From Oopsacas minuta (Eukaryota; Animalia; Porifera), in NCBI GenBank assembly GCA_024704765.1, contig JAKMXF010000307.1, positions 62,001-126,000 on the forward strand: a DNA stretch of 64,000 nt, given 5' to 3'. Shown piece by piece: positions 1 to 12,536 of the stretch; the stretch's first letter is position 1; every line of letters starts with the position of its first letter. Made by a program: the position numbers and the translations under genes. The notes beneath the pieces were generated by a model. The model did no database searches. It was not told the DNA's origin and saw nothing but the letters and a program-made list of their open reading frames with translations.

Positions 1-1340
1 ATAGAGACTCGACCTGGTAAGGATAACATTGTGGCCGACTATTTAAGCTTCAGACAAACGGAGAAATCGATGAGTACTTCAACGCTGAAGATAGTTTTGA
101 AGAGAAGGTATTTCACATCCGTTCGAGAAAAGCTCTGCAACGCAAGATCGAAAGGGAACAGCGAGAGGATTCAGTAATTCGTGACTCCCTCTTCCAAATT
201 CAGAGTGACGGAGGAGTAAGCAGGGGATGATTGAAGAGAGTCGAAGAAAAATTGAACATACAGAATGGAATACTTTTATTTGAAGATAGAATTGTCATAC
301 CTCAACGATTACGCTTGAGATACTAGAAGCAGTACATTCCCAACATCATCTCGGAGTAAACGGAATCCTACTATTGCTCCGGAGCTCGTATTTCTGGATT
401 AAAATGACTCGAGACACACGAGCATACTGTCGTGGATACCTCACTTGTCAGCGCACTAAACTTACGAACATGGGGAAGGAACCAGTTCAGGAGATAGATA
501 TGAGTAAGAGCATTCCAGGTTACGCGGTGGGATCGATGTAGGTTCTCTGCCTTAGGCAGAAGGAGGTTATCGTTACTTCCTCTTGATGGTAGACCTCTTC
601 AGCAGATACGTGGAGCTATTCCCGCTGGCGGACCAGGAGACTAGTAGTTTAGTGAATGCCTTTAAGCAAGGGTGGATATGCAGAGGACACAGTGTACCAA
701 CAAGAATTCTAAGCGATCAAGGAAGCAGTATAGAAGGGGAATAATTCAAAGAGTTCTGCCGATCTCTAGGGATAGAGAAAAGAGAACCACACCATATCAC
801 CCTAAAACAGATAGGATTGCCGAACGTAACATAGGGATGATTAAACAAGTAATTCGTTGCCTACAACTAGATCGAAGACTTCCAAAAGGATCATGGCCTT
901 CCCTACTAACGGAAGCATCTTTTCATCGTAATGGAATGACTAATGGTACAAGTAGTGTCTCCCCTCACATGCTAGTTCGCGGACAGCAACCACGATCCCC
1001 CATGGACTCTTGGTACGATACGCTCAAGGAAGGGGGAACGAATTCCTATGAAGAATATTTAAGTTCCCTCAAATTGAAACAGGAGACGCTGCGCCAAATC
1101 GCACAAGAGAATGCTGTTGAAATCTAGAGAGAGTACGGAAATAGAAATCGGAGGAGAACCACTTCAGCACATCCAAGGCGGTGACTACATGATGCTCAAA
1201 AAGAACATGTTGTAAGACTCGTTGGCCCCACGCTCTGAAGGACTTTATTCCGTAGTCAGGCGAAAAGGACCCAATGTCGAGATTCGCTTAGCAACTCGTG
1301 AGAAATGGGTCCACCTAAACTATTGCAAGGAATACGTTGA
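1..1340 (+). mobile_element. Gypsy/Ty3 LTR retrotransposon pol 3' part (end of RNase H, integrase Zn finger, DDE core, C-terminal tail), degraded
   Basis: Bases 1-60 translate to IETRPGKDNIVADYLS (RNase H end motif). Then HSQHHLG...C..C Zn finger, VGIDV / LMVDLFSRYVELFP / ILSDQGS / RTTPYHPKTDRIAERNIGMIKQ integrase core (ORF 672-1127 covers the last part), and a KWVHLNYCK tail near 1300. Frameshifts and stops present. Confidence 0.9.
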
Positions 1341-1506
1341 TGACCAACCAGTTGTTGTTCAAATAGAATGAATATTAGGAATGATAATCATTCCTTAAAC
1401 GAAGAACTTGTGGCGGGAGGTGAAGACTACCATCACGTGCAGTCCGACCACGAAGACGATACCGAAGAAAGAACAAATGAAGCAAGGTATGAAGACCCCG
1501 GGGTGA

Positions 1507-1791
1507 TGTTATGGTTAGTTCACTAAAGCACCCTCAGTGGGTGGTCTCCCCTATTTATAGGCCCAATTCTTTAGTTTAAATTACTTAGTATAAATACATA
1601 AAACTGTAAATTTAGCTAGTTTCCTAGATACCTATATTCACTTGTGTTTCTCTTTCTTTTTAAAACAAGCTCATTCGTAATTGACTTAACAGACGTATCA
1701 CCTTTTCCACCGTTCGAAAGCTCTCGAAGGCCAGGTACATCGAACTTTGTGGGAGCTTGCCCGAGGTTAGCCAGGCTACGCTATCCTTAAC
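1507..1791 (+). repeat. Putative 3' LTR of the Gypsy element
   Basis: Short purine-rich GGGGTGA (1500-1506) is followed by TGTTATGG, and there is a TATTTATA box at ~1551. A candidate ...TTAACA end lies at 1791 and an alternative ...GTTAACA end at 2117. The partner LTR is outside the window, so the right boundary is unverified. Confidence 0.4.
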
Positions 1792-2472
1792 ATGGTAAGT
1801 CCAGATAATGGAAACTCTACCTGCAACACCACAGCCCCAGTTGCGAATATCATCACTCTACCATCCCAAGTGTATTGCGAGAAAGCCGCACAGACGAGTC
1901 TACCCTAAGACTAAATACACCATGGAATCAGATACAAGATTCTTATCTAATTTATATTTTTAAATGTGTCCTTGTTTGTACCCGTTTGGGTTCCGTTCCT
2001 CGCTTGTCTGTGCTGTATGGTGTCTGTAAATTAGAATTTATTGTGCGTATATGCTTATGTTGCAGTGTAGAAGCGAATTTGCTCCTACACTGCAACATAT
2101 ACAAGGTGAGGTTAACACCGTGGGTTGTTCGCTTCCAGTAAGGGAAATTTTCATATTTAAATCTTGTCAATATATATTGAGAATGATTAGAAATATGTAG
2201 GTGTATCCAAATTTACAATTGCTTTTTATCTGAATCAACTTACATGAGTGTTTTTCTAGCTCAAAGTCTCATCAAATTCTGTATATTTTCGAGCCTTTTG
2301 AAATCATATTTTATTAACCCAAATTAAATTACTATATAAATATAATTTTATCCTCCAAATACAATCAAACTTACACTGGGTGTAGTTCTAATGTTTCTTT
2401 TATAACTCAAAACAAATTTCTGTTAAATTTAACCAATTTTATATTTGTTAAACTTTGTATGATACAGCATTT

Positions 2473-4700
2473 CACAGTGGCTTTAATTCGGAATTTAGTG
2501 GAAATAGGTATTAGTTTACTACTTAGCTACTTAAATGTACTATTGATGTATAGGAAATCTGTGGTCGCGAGTTGATTGCAACCATCAGAAATTGTGTGGA
2601 TTCCGCAATATATGTATTTTGAGGTATTCAAAAGTTTGGCAAAAAATATAGTATTATGGTTGAATATTCATATTTTTGGTAACCCATGAAATTTAATAAT
2701 ATCACCTGTATGATCTAAAATTTGAAATTGTTGTATTCTCCTAACTTAAATATGACTGCAAAGTCTACAGCAAACGAAATGATCTACTCACTTGGGAGGG
2801 GCTTCTTTTTCACATTCTTCACGTTGCCAGTCCTCTGAAAAAACGCCTAAGTGAAACAAGCATAGTGTTTCAGTGTGAACTAACCCATGAAGGTAGAAAA
2901 CCATTGTCTGAATTAACAAACAAGGGTCTCAGACATAGATTAAGACCAATTTTGGATTGAATTTCATCTGTAGTTCAGAACGAGGATTTTGATCTGGTTG
3001 AAATAGCAACCTATGTCCTAAAGCTATATGATGGTAACTAGAAACCATGAAATGGGCAACTCTTGTCAGCAATTTATCGAACTTGGGACATTCTGAAGTG
3101 TTCTGAAGCGGTTACATTTGGACAATTGATTGTTTTTGTAGATTTCTTGGAAATCGGGAAACGTAAGTACACAAAAATGCAAAAATTGTGTAAGCCAGAT
3201 AGCATGGTCTTCCCTCCATATATTATAATTTCTGACTATCGTGCTAGAAATATACTCTCATATGATATTCTTGAAATTCAAAATTCAGATGACGTCAATA
3301 TTGATATCGGAATTTCGTCTAGATCCATCTTGAAACAAACTGTGTTGAGGTGATTGGAAAATGTTCCTGAACTAATTGAGAGTCATATCGCTTAAGTTTA
3401 AAGAACTCAGATGGCTTAGATGTCTCAGGGTGTCATAAAATCTGCATTCCGTTTGATGGAATACCGAAGTTCAACACCAAAAATTTTATTCTTTTGGATT
3501 CATGGTTATTTCACCAATTGACTTATCTGACACTACTGTTTGGTCAAATGACATCCCAAACTCACCATTTTGTGTACGACCTATTGCATTATTGGCTCAA
3601 AAGGAAAACCAAGAGAACATCAACTTTCTAATGGACAGCATTATTAACTCCGATGTTGATTCAATTGCACAAAAGGGTATTCTGCTTCCCAAAGGACTTG
3701 TAAATGCGGCAATTCACCGTACCATGATAGATGATAAGACTTCAGGGAATTTAAGTGGATCAGGTGGCGCTCATTGCCAACTATGTACTGCCAATAAATC
3801 TGAATTAAAAGACTTAGAAATATTAAATTCAGGATTTCTAATCAACAGGAGCTACTGCTAAAGAACATTTTCTATAGTTGATGAAGAAGAACATCTCTTG
3901 CTCCCTTCTATACAACGTCATGGCTTAACCCATCCGCCACTATCAAGCATAGACATAATTCCTGCATCTCCTCTACATGCATACCTTTATGTCATCCAAT
4001 GATACACGAATTTAATATATCACATACGTTCAGGCACGTATAAATAGTCACCTTCCTCCAGAGTTATAGTTGATTCTATGAAATTTGCTCGCGAGCTTTC
4101 ATATGAAAAGACTGGAATGAGAATAGATCAACCAAGCACTGACGGAGGGACAATTTCGACAGGGAATGTTGCTAGATCTTCTTTCCAATAAGAAAAACTT
4201 CATATATTGGGTGTGTACCATGATTCCACCAGATCTGAGGGAACCAATACGTACTTTACAAACCAAACTTTCTGTATTGTTCCACGTCTTTAACTCTAAT
4301 CAAGCAATTGACATAGAAAAATTGGATTCGCTTTGCAAAGAGACCTATGAATCAATACTCGTGGATTTTCCATGGGCAAGTATAACTCCTTCCCTTCACA
4401 GATTACTAGCTCATTCTTCAGAATTAATTAGAGATTGCAACAATGGTTTCGGACTGAAGGACTTTCTAAGGAAGCAGTCGAGGCATGCAATAAGTTGATT
4501 AGTAAAAACCGTGAATTCTTTCCAGAAAGATGTCATGTCATTTCATCAAGCGCGAAGGATGTGTTTGTCCGTCTCCTTATAAAATGGGGAATGAGAATCC
4601 TTACCTGCAAGATATCCAAATCAGGTACTAAGTGTTATGTAAAGTTTGAACCACCCCGTTCGTGCCGGTAAATTAACCCTTTTAGTTTTCTATTTGATAA
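2473..4700 (+). mobile_element. Transib/RAG1-core-like transposon relic, copy A
   Basis: Fragments in order: GRKPLSELTNKGLRHRL, LEIGKRKYT, SDGLD(V)SG, PNSPFCVRPIALL, RTMIDDK, SGGAHCQLC, TPSLHRLLAHS, EAVEACNK. These parallel the RAG1/Transib DDE triad and Zn-binding C/H residues. Candidate left terminus CACAGTG at 2473. Multiple stops and frameshifts. Confidence 0.85.
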
Positions 4701-4732
4701 CAAGTCAGATGAATCAATTCAAGTCATACATA

Positions 4733-4979
4733 CACTGCCTGGCCAAAAGTATTGGAACACTGTTTACAACTTGTGCATAAGTGGCATCAGATGAGAATAT
4801 GTTGAAAGATTCTATGGATATTGCAGAATGTAGAACAATAGCTTGTTATCATTCGTTTACGATATATTTATGTTCAACATTTTTTGAAATTTTCTTTAGC
4901 TTATACAACTATGGTAGTATACCCTTTGTTTCAGGTATTAATTGTGGTAGGGTGTTCCAATACTTTTGGCCAGGCAGTG
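4733..4979. mobile_element. Tc1/mariner-type MITE (247 bp)
   Basis: Perfect 28-bp TIR CACTGCCTGGCCAAAAGTATTGGAACAC; TA duplication at 4731-4732 and 4980-4981. Confidence 0.92.
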
Positions 4980-5211
4980 TATTCTATTTTTAATGTCTAA
5001 TATGCATGTATCTACAAACTAATGGAATAAAAATAATGATAAATTATGATGATATGTCTGAGAGTAGTGTTGTAAATGGTGTTGTAAGAGAAATATCAAG
5101 AGAGGTACGGCTACCGCATCATAACCATTGTTCTTCTTCCATGGTAGCTGCACCTCAATGGAGAGGAAAGGAGAGGAGACGAAAGGAGTGAAGTGGGAGA
5201 GAAAGAGATAT

Positions 5212-6798
5212 CACAGTGTTTTAAAATGGGAGTTAGTAAAGAATAGATATTCTAGTACCAGATAGCCATCTGCAATGTATTATTTGCGAATAGGTTATCG
5301 TTTCCGAGGAATCGAATGGGTAATCAAATCTCTTCTATGGCTTCTAGATTTCTGGATATGACGTCATCACATATTATGATGACTTCATATTTAAAAAATT
5401 ATTTAATAAAACTCATAGAAATTTCCACTTCATAAGAAAAATCTCCTACTCTATATATATACTATTACCCTGTATAGTATTTGGATAAGAGTGTATAGAT
5501 TTAATATTTTAATGAATCTATGAATTAATTGTAAGTGAATCAACAATTTCGTCTATGGAAGAATCTAGTAATCTATTTTCGGTATTATCCCTACAACACT
5601 TTGCACTTTTTGTGTGCCAGTGTTTCCCACACCTTTCATAAACTAAACTTGAACGAAATTGATTCAAGACAGGGTCACTTTCAGAGGCCAGTCTCACGAA
5701 AATGTCCATTGCATTATCTTCAAATGAAGACTTCCTTGCAAGATTCTCCCTATACTTTCTTAGTAACTTGTTGCATGCCTCGGATCCCTCTTCAGAGAAA
5801 CTCTTCAGACCTCACCCAGGGTGAACTCTTTCAAAATTTCTTCTGAGTGAGCTACTAATACCCTGTGAAATGTTGGGGTAATGCTCACCCAAGGTAATGA
5901 ATCAACGATCAAGAGACCTCGGTGTTAATGATTCTATCTGAATTGATTATTCGAAGAATAGCTGACAAGTGTGTATGTAGTTTTGAAAGTGTTTCTTTGT
6001 GTTCTGTTTCAACAACTGACAATACACACTCAATGTATTTCGAATCACAGGAAAATGTTCGACGAGCTACACTACCAGTAGAGCTAGTACCTCCACTTGC
6101 ATTCGGCTGATCTATCTTCATTCCTGTCTTCTCTTCAATCAGAGTTCTGACAAATACCATTGAATTTTTATCGCCAAAGATGTCGGTGACCATGTACATT
6201 TTCCACAATTCAAATGATAAATTAGTAGATTGAACCACCTGAAAATGCCAGTGTACGAGTGTAACGGAGATGCTGGAAGGATGTTTTTGTTGACGTTGGT
6301 TCGTGCGTTATGTTACAACGTTGGTTTGAAGGAAGTGAGAAGAACGAATGGCTGTTTTCTATTTCACCGAAAAGTTGAATTGCATCAGTAATGTGGCCGT
6401 TGATAGGAAATCCTTGTATTATCAACTCACGATCACTGAGTTCCTTATTTGTCGCTGTGCATAATTGACAACTTTCCCCACCTGCCCCAGATAGAATTCC
6501 TGCCATTTTCCCATCAAGCATTGATCGAACAATGTCGACTCGTACTTGCTGATCAGGGTCAAGAGTAAATCCTTCACTTTTCATAAGATCAGTATCAGTA
6601 TTGATTAGATCGTCCATAAATCGCTTGATATTAGCTTCGTTTTCTTTCGCAGCGAGGAGGAAAATCGGACGTTGAGCAAAAGAAGAATTGGGAGTGTTAT
6701 TTTTCCAGAGTTCGCGACCGCTATTGCTTATTATCTTTACAGCTCTGAAACAGAATAAGATAAACGACTTAGTATCTGTATTCGTGTTTGATTGATTA
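5212..6798 (-). mobile_element. Transib/RAG1-core-like transposon relic, copy B (3' half, 5'-truncated at the Chapaev3 end)
   Basis: Minus-strand ORFs 6222-6836 (PNSSFAQRPIFLL, RSMLDGK, GAGGESCQLC), 5909-6238 and 5518-5709 (DIFVRLASESDP), plus TPSLHRVLAH- and SEEGSEACNK-like segments between them. Terminus CACAGTG at 5212. Confidence 0.87.
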
Positions 6799-9019
6799 CA
6801 CAGGCCTACACTTTTTAGTTGTATTGATTTTGTCAACTGTTATATACTAATTCTGTGTTGCAGATTCCGATTATTTAGTCAGTTTCTCCCTAATACGTCA
6901 AGTTATCTCACAATTGGTTTCAACCCTTATATGTTAGATTGGATCAATTAAATTTCTGAAAACATCAATATTTCGTTCACTAAGAATAATGAAATAATAA
7001 TTACTAATATGAATGAAAGAGAGTGATACTGTAAACATGTAATTTGTGCGCGATTCAATCTAAAAACTTTCTCTTGTTTACTTTTTTGAATGTTGTTCTT
7101 TAGGACAATCTCTTTTTAGGCACCAACAGTAATCTGCCATCACATGTGTGTCCCATCTTCCTTGATATCACTGTTCCATCACTTTTATGTCTTGATGGAA
7201 TCGTTCACCTTGTTCTTCACTCATATCACCTAGATTATCCGGAAATCTATCAAGAAGGTCTCTCAAATAATGAATTTTAATACTCATATTACAGCCAAGA
7301 GCATGATAGCTGTCGACTAACTCTGTGACTAGTTCTTTGTAGTTGGATGCCTTTTTATTACCAAGGAAATTAGAAACGACATTAGAGAAAGGCTGACATG
7401 CTCTCTTCTCTCCCTCCTTCATTGAATCTTTAAAGCTGTTGTCCCTAAGTAACTTGCGAATCTGTGGACCTTCAAATATCCCTGCCTCTTTCCTATCTTG
7501 ACTAATTTGTGGAAAATAATTTCGGATATACTTAAAACAACATCTGTCTTTATCCAGTGCTTTGATGAATTGCTTCATTAAACCAAGCTTAATGTGGAGA
7601 GGAGGTAGAATTATTTTATTTGTATGTACCAGAGGGTTATTGATTACATTTTTGCCCCAACTTTCAAACATTCTCTCGGAGGCCACTTTTCCCTTATCCA
7701 ATGCTGGTTCCTATCTCTACTGTCTCAATAACAAAGAAAGCAGGGGTACTTAGTGAACCCAGATTGTTGTCCTAATAGAAAGTTGACCATTTTGAGATCA
7801 ACACAGATGACTCAATCATGTGCAGAGTAGTTAATAATCTCTAATATCCCTTTCACATTATTGTACTCCTCTTTGAGTTTAACTGAATATCCTATAGGAA
7901 TTGAATCGAATATATTTCCATTATGGAGTAGTACACATTTCAGACTCCTTTTGGAGCTGTCAATAAACAACCTCCAGTCACTTGGATTGTAGTTCGGAAC
8001 TCCCATTGCCAGTAGAAGACCCTCAACATTTGGACAAAACACCAAACCATTCTTTTCGCAGAAATACTGTTGAAGCTCTTGCTCCCTGTAACGATATAAT
8101 ATTACCTTTGTTCCTTGTTGGAGTTGAATCTTTTCTTTCAATCTAGATGCAAGCAACTCAGAAGATTCTTTCGAGAGGTTAAGGTCACGAATTAAATCAT
8201 TCAATTCCGCTTGGTTAAAGAGAGAAGGCTCCGAGGAAGGACCTTGAAAATCAACATCATATTCATAATCATGATCATTGACTTCTTCCAAATTGGCACC
8301 ATCTTCATCATCATAGAGTCCGAGAAACTCTATGGATATTGGTACAAGGTAGATCACTACAATGAGGGACTGGTCGAATAGCAGATTCTAAATTTGGGTA
8401 ATTCAGCAGGTGTCTGTCACTCTTTTTGCAGCCCATAACATTTACTATGCAGAAATAACAATCATTGAAATGATTTTTTGATTCCCTCCAAATCACAGGA
8501 ATTCTGAAAGGGAGGTGTTTCTCTTTACCCTTACTCCAAGACCTCAATAATTCCACACAAGATTTACAGACCTTATGAGGTGCCCAACTTTTGTCCTGGT
8601 CGCCCAGCTTAACTTTGAAATACGCATGGTAAGCTCTATCCACAAATTCAGTAATATTCTGCATCTGAGGTTTCGGAGTATAGAAACCACAAATATAACA
8701 AAAAATGTCTGGAGAATTGAAACACTTTCTTTTCGACATATCAACAAAAAAGAGTAACAGACTAGTTAAAAGCCAATAATTAACTAAGACTATTTGAATA
8801 TATATACTATGTACATAATGTTATTGTTATAATATGTAATCATGATGAATCTTTGGCAATAATCGAAATTTTTCTGAAAATGTAGCTATATGCTTGTGAA
8901 AAAACTTGACGTGATAAGAAAAAACTGAATAGATATTCAGAATCAGCACACCTAAATTAGTCTAAATCACTGATTAAACTATAAACAACTGCAATATAAC
9001 ATTTTTTTGTAGGCCTGTG
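6799..9019 (-). mobile_element. Chapaev3-like (CMC superfamily) DNA transposon, fragmented transposase
   Basis: TIR CACAGGCCTACA (6799-6810) / TGTAGGCCTGTG (9008-9019). N-terminal CYICG...WAPHKVC...WRE.KNH.NDCYFC (8311-8739), LFIDSSKRSLKCVLLHNGN (7812-8357), LPPLHIKLGLMKQF...GCNMSIKIHYL...EEQGERFHQDIK (7168-7701), and YQGRWD..MADYCW tail. Flanks are TTA and TAA. Confidence 0.85.
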
Positions 9020-9620
9020 TAATTAATGATGTGAAACCACATAGATTTCTATTTTGATATCCTGACCCTCAGTAGATGTACAAGTGGAAAATTAATCTCT
9101 TACAATATCCATGATCCGAATATGAATAAATATTGAAGTAACGTATTTTCTAGCTGAGTGTAGTCTTAGACAAACAGCATTATCCACCTTTAACCTACGT
9201 CCATAATGAGTCTCTAAAGGCAAGTTAAATCCGAGATGAAATCTGCTAGTAGCTTTCTAATTCTTACATGAAAGATATAGCAGTTACCCAGTAGTACTTC
9301 CGTTATATTCTCTCTGATTCCCCTATTCCAGGTTATGTTTAGTACTTTGTGCAAGATCCATGAGGTATGTATGCTTCTAAACGAATAGAATTGTTATATT
9401 TGTTTAAGTGCCAGGCTGTTGTTTTAAATTTGGATACTACTGGATTTCTAATTAGTAAACCACCTTCATGCTCTAATAACATATTTATTATGCTCTAACT
9501 GTCCAGAATCTGAGTATTCTACCAGTCAAATGCTCGTAGAAAATGATCAGTATTGGTCTTGGTACAGCTGAAATTTCACATTTGTGGATCATTAAACATT
9601 CCGCCGATTTTAAATACCTT

Positions 9621-12202
9621 CAGTGGCGTAGCTAAGCACGGACCTGCCGGGCCTGTGCCCGGGCAACTTCTCTTTGTGCCCAGGCAATAAATATTATGTC
9701 TGTACACTCACATCAGTTCATCCCTATTAATTGTTATATCTCATATATCAATTCCTCTTACTTTTTTTACCTAATTTACTATTTTACGATTTATTATATT
9801 TAGTAATTAGCATATATGTCTCGAAAATTTAACATTACCAACAGCTCGCAGCTAACTTTATTTGCCACTTACAAGAGAATAAAGCTAACTCCTGAAGATG
9901 ATATTGATATTACTTATCACAATATTTACCATTCTCATTCCCAGGAAGCACAAAAGCCTGACTTCGTGCCTACATGTGATACTACTAATCTTGTCAGTTC
10001 TGATCCAATTGAGGAAACAACACTACCCAGTATGGCACCAACGCAATTATCAATTTCACCTGAAATTCCCAATGTCAATCTTCAGCCACCTTTAGATATT
10101 GCTCAAGGGCCTAATGATAAGCCGGTTCAGCCCAATCGACATACTTGTCGATTTCCTTCAACATTAGTGGGAACCAAGAAAAAATAATTCAATCCAGATT
10201 GGTTTGTCACCTTTGTTGGTTGGAATACTCAGTGAAAGAGACGCTGGTTTCTACTACCCATGCCGCATTTTTAATGCTGTAAGTGGTAGAACTGAGGATG
10301 CGTTTAAAAGTGTGGGATTTAGAGACTGGAAGCACGCAACAGGAAGAGATGGTACCCTCCACTGTCATGATAAATGCCTTACACACATCAACGCGATTGC
10401 TTCATGGCATGAATATAAACTAAATGAAAGGATTGGTACGTCAATTGAGAGTCGCATTAATTCGTCAAGAAGTGAGCAGATCCGCCTAAACAGACATTAT
10501 ATTAAGAGTATCGCCGAAGTTATACTCTTGTGTAGTCGCCTTGAAATTGCCTTCCGAGGACATGATGAATCCGAAAATTCACTGAACAAAGGAAACTTTT
10601 TTGAGGTACTGCAAGTTATTGGCAATCATGACCCAATTATCCAACATAGATTAGAACATGGCCCACAAAATCCAATTTATCGTTCACCAGAAGTTCAGAA
10701 TTTGTTATTAAATATCATGGGTGACATGCTTAGAATAAAAATTTGTGATAGTGTACGGAAAGCGAACTTCTTTTCGCTGCTTGCAGACGAATCAAAAGAT
10801 GAAAGCAAGAAGGAGCAACTGGCTATTATTGTTAGGTACGTTGACGACAAAGCAAACATTCATGGGAGATCCCTTACTTTCGTGGACGCAACTAGTCTAA
10901 CTGCTGAGAGTTTGACAACTTACCTCATATCCACTCTCAATAAACATGGGTTGGATCGTGCTTGCATCGTATCTCAAGGATATGATGGAGCTGCTGTCAT
11001 TAGTGGAAACTGTCACGGTGTGCAAAAGGAGCTTCACCCAGAGAAGCAAGTACGTCAGCTACCAAAGCTATCAGATACAAGGTGGACCTGCAGGCAAGCT
11101 TCTGTTAATGCGATTTGCCACACTTATGATTGGTTGATTGCTACCTTGGAAGAAGTTTCTGGTGGAATAAATCGAGATAATGCTGTTAAGGCAATGGCCT
11201 TCTTCTACAGATCAAAAGATTTAATTTTTTGCTATTACTCATCTTGTTTGATAGAATACTGACCTGCACTAAGAGTTTATCAGACTATCTGCAGTCTCCA
11301 CAAGTTAATTTGGCTAACGCAACTGATTTAGTTTCATCAATAGTGTCAACACTCAGATATTTTCGTACCAACGAAGAATGGGAGAATATATTCAGATATT
11401 CTGAGAACGTAGCCAGATCCAATAATATAGATATTACAAAAATATCAGGAACCAAGACAGAGACGACTTCCACAACACTTTAAAGATTTCACCGTCTTTG
11501 CACCTACTGGAACAAGGGAATCCCTTTCAAACATTCAGCAATATAAAGTTAATCTCTATTTTCCTATATTGGACACCTTCCTGGAAGAGCTAAATCGTCG
11601 TTTTAGTAAAGGAAGCACAGACATTATGGTGGCAATACATTCATTTAATCCGCAATCAGAATGGAATCTCTCGCGCTCTTTTACAATCTTGAATAGGAAT
11701 CACTGCGTATGGAATCAATATTAGCAAAGCGCACCCTAGGAAATGCAGATATGAAAAGTATTGGTGATTTGTTCTTTAAACTCCTACCATTAAGGGATGC
11801 ATTCCCGACTTTGTTGAATGCTATCCAGATTTCCCTAACTATTTCCATAAGCACAGCGCAATGTGAGAGATCATTTTCAGCTCTCAAAGGATAAAAACTT
11901 ATCTTAGGTCGACAATGAGTGAACAGCGGCTCACTGATCTTGCCATTATTGCAATTGAAAAGGAGCTGACGAGTCAGTATCTCTAGATGATGTCGTTACT
12001 AAATTCGGTGAATTACATAAAATAGGAGAATAATTGTAGCATAAATAGATGCATGTGTTTCATTGTATTACACAGTGAAGTATATAATTGATTATTGGTT
12101 GGCAATTAGTAGTTACGGATATAATAATTCCAAGGCCTAATAAAAAGCACTTTATGTTGAGTATAGTGCCCGGGCAATCATGTTGGGCTGGCTACGCCAC
12201 TG
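9621..12202 (+). mobile_element. hAT transposon, ZMYM1/DUF4371-like transposase pseudogene
   Basis: 12-bp TIR CAGTGGCGTAGC; perfect 8-bp TSD AATACCTT (9613-9620, 12203-12210). Motifs GFRDWKHA, IAFRGHDE, FSLLADESKD, QGYDGAA, DTRW, AQCERSFSAL. Broken into several ORFs. Confidence 0.95.
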
Positions 12203-12206
12203 AATA

Positions 12207-12536
12207 CCTTACTATAGGAATTAAAGCGAATGCTCCAATTCCCGTTAATTTCCATGACGTTAAGTTCCTGCAATTAATACTATTTAGCTAATTTCTACAA
12301 TTGATGGGCAAACTTCCAATTTACATGTTTTCCGATGTGTGACTGATTTGAGAGGATACCATATCTATCAAGTGGACTGGAAACCTAATTTGGGACAAGA
12401 AATTTCCTAATATTTATTCACATAAAGTAGTGTATATACAAATGTTCTCCCTCTCAATCGCGTTAATTTCATGTATTTGAAAATGTTCAGCTCCAATTCG
12501 CGTTAATTTCCATGACGTTAATTTCCTATAGTAAGG
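12207..12536. mobile_element. TA-flanked MITE (330 bp)
   Basis: TIR CCTTACTATAGG(A)ATTAA / TTAAT(T)TCCTATAGTAAGG; TA at 12205-12206 and 12537-12538; internal direct repeat GCTCCAATTC.CGTTAATTTCCATGACGTTAA at ~12231 and ~12490. Confidence 0.75.

Noticed and set aside
5150-5211. Purine-rich tract next to the CACAGTG end, as a triplex or regulatory element
   Set aside because: More simply the CT-rich part of a minus-strand LTR-like fragment interrupted by the Transib insertion; no independent support.
9020-9612. Possible continuation of RAG1-like copy B, or a RAG2-like partner gene
   Set aside because: Manual minus-strand translations gave no convincing RAG1-like, kelch or PHD motif; the region remains unexplained.
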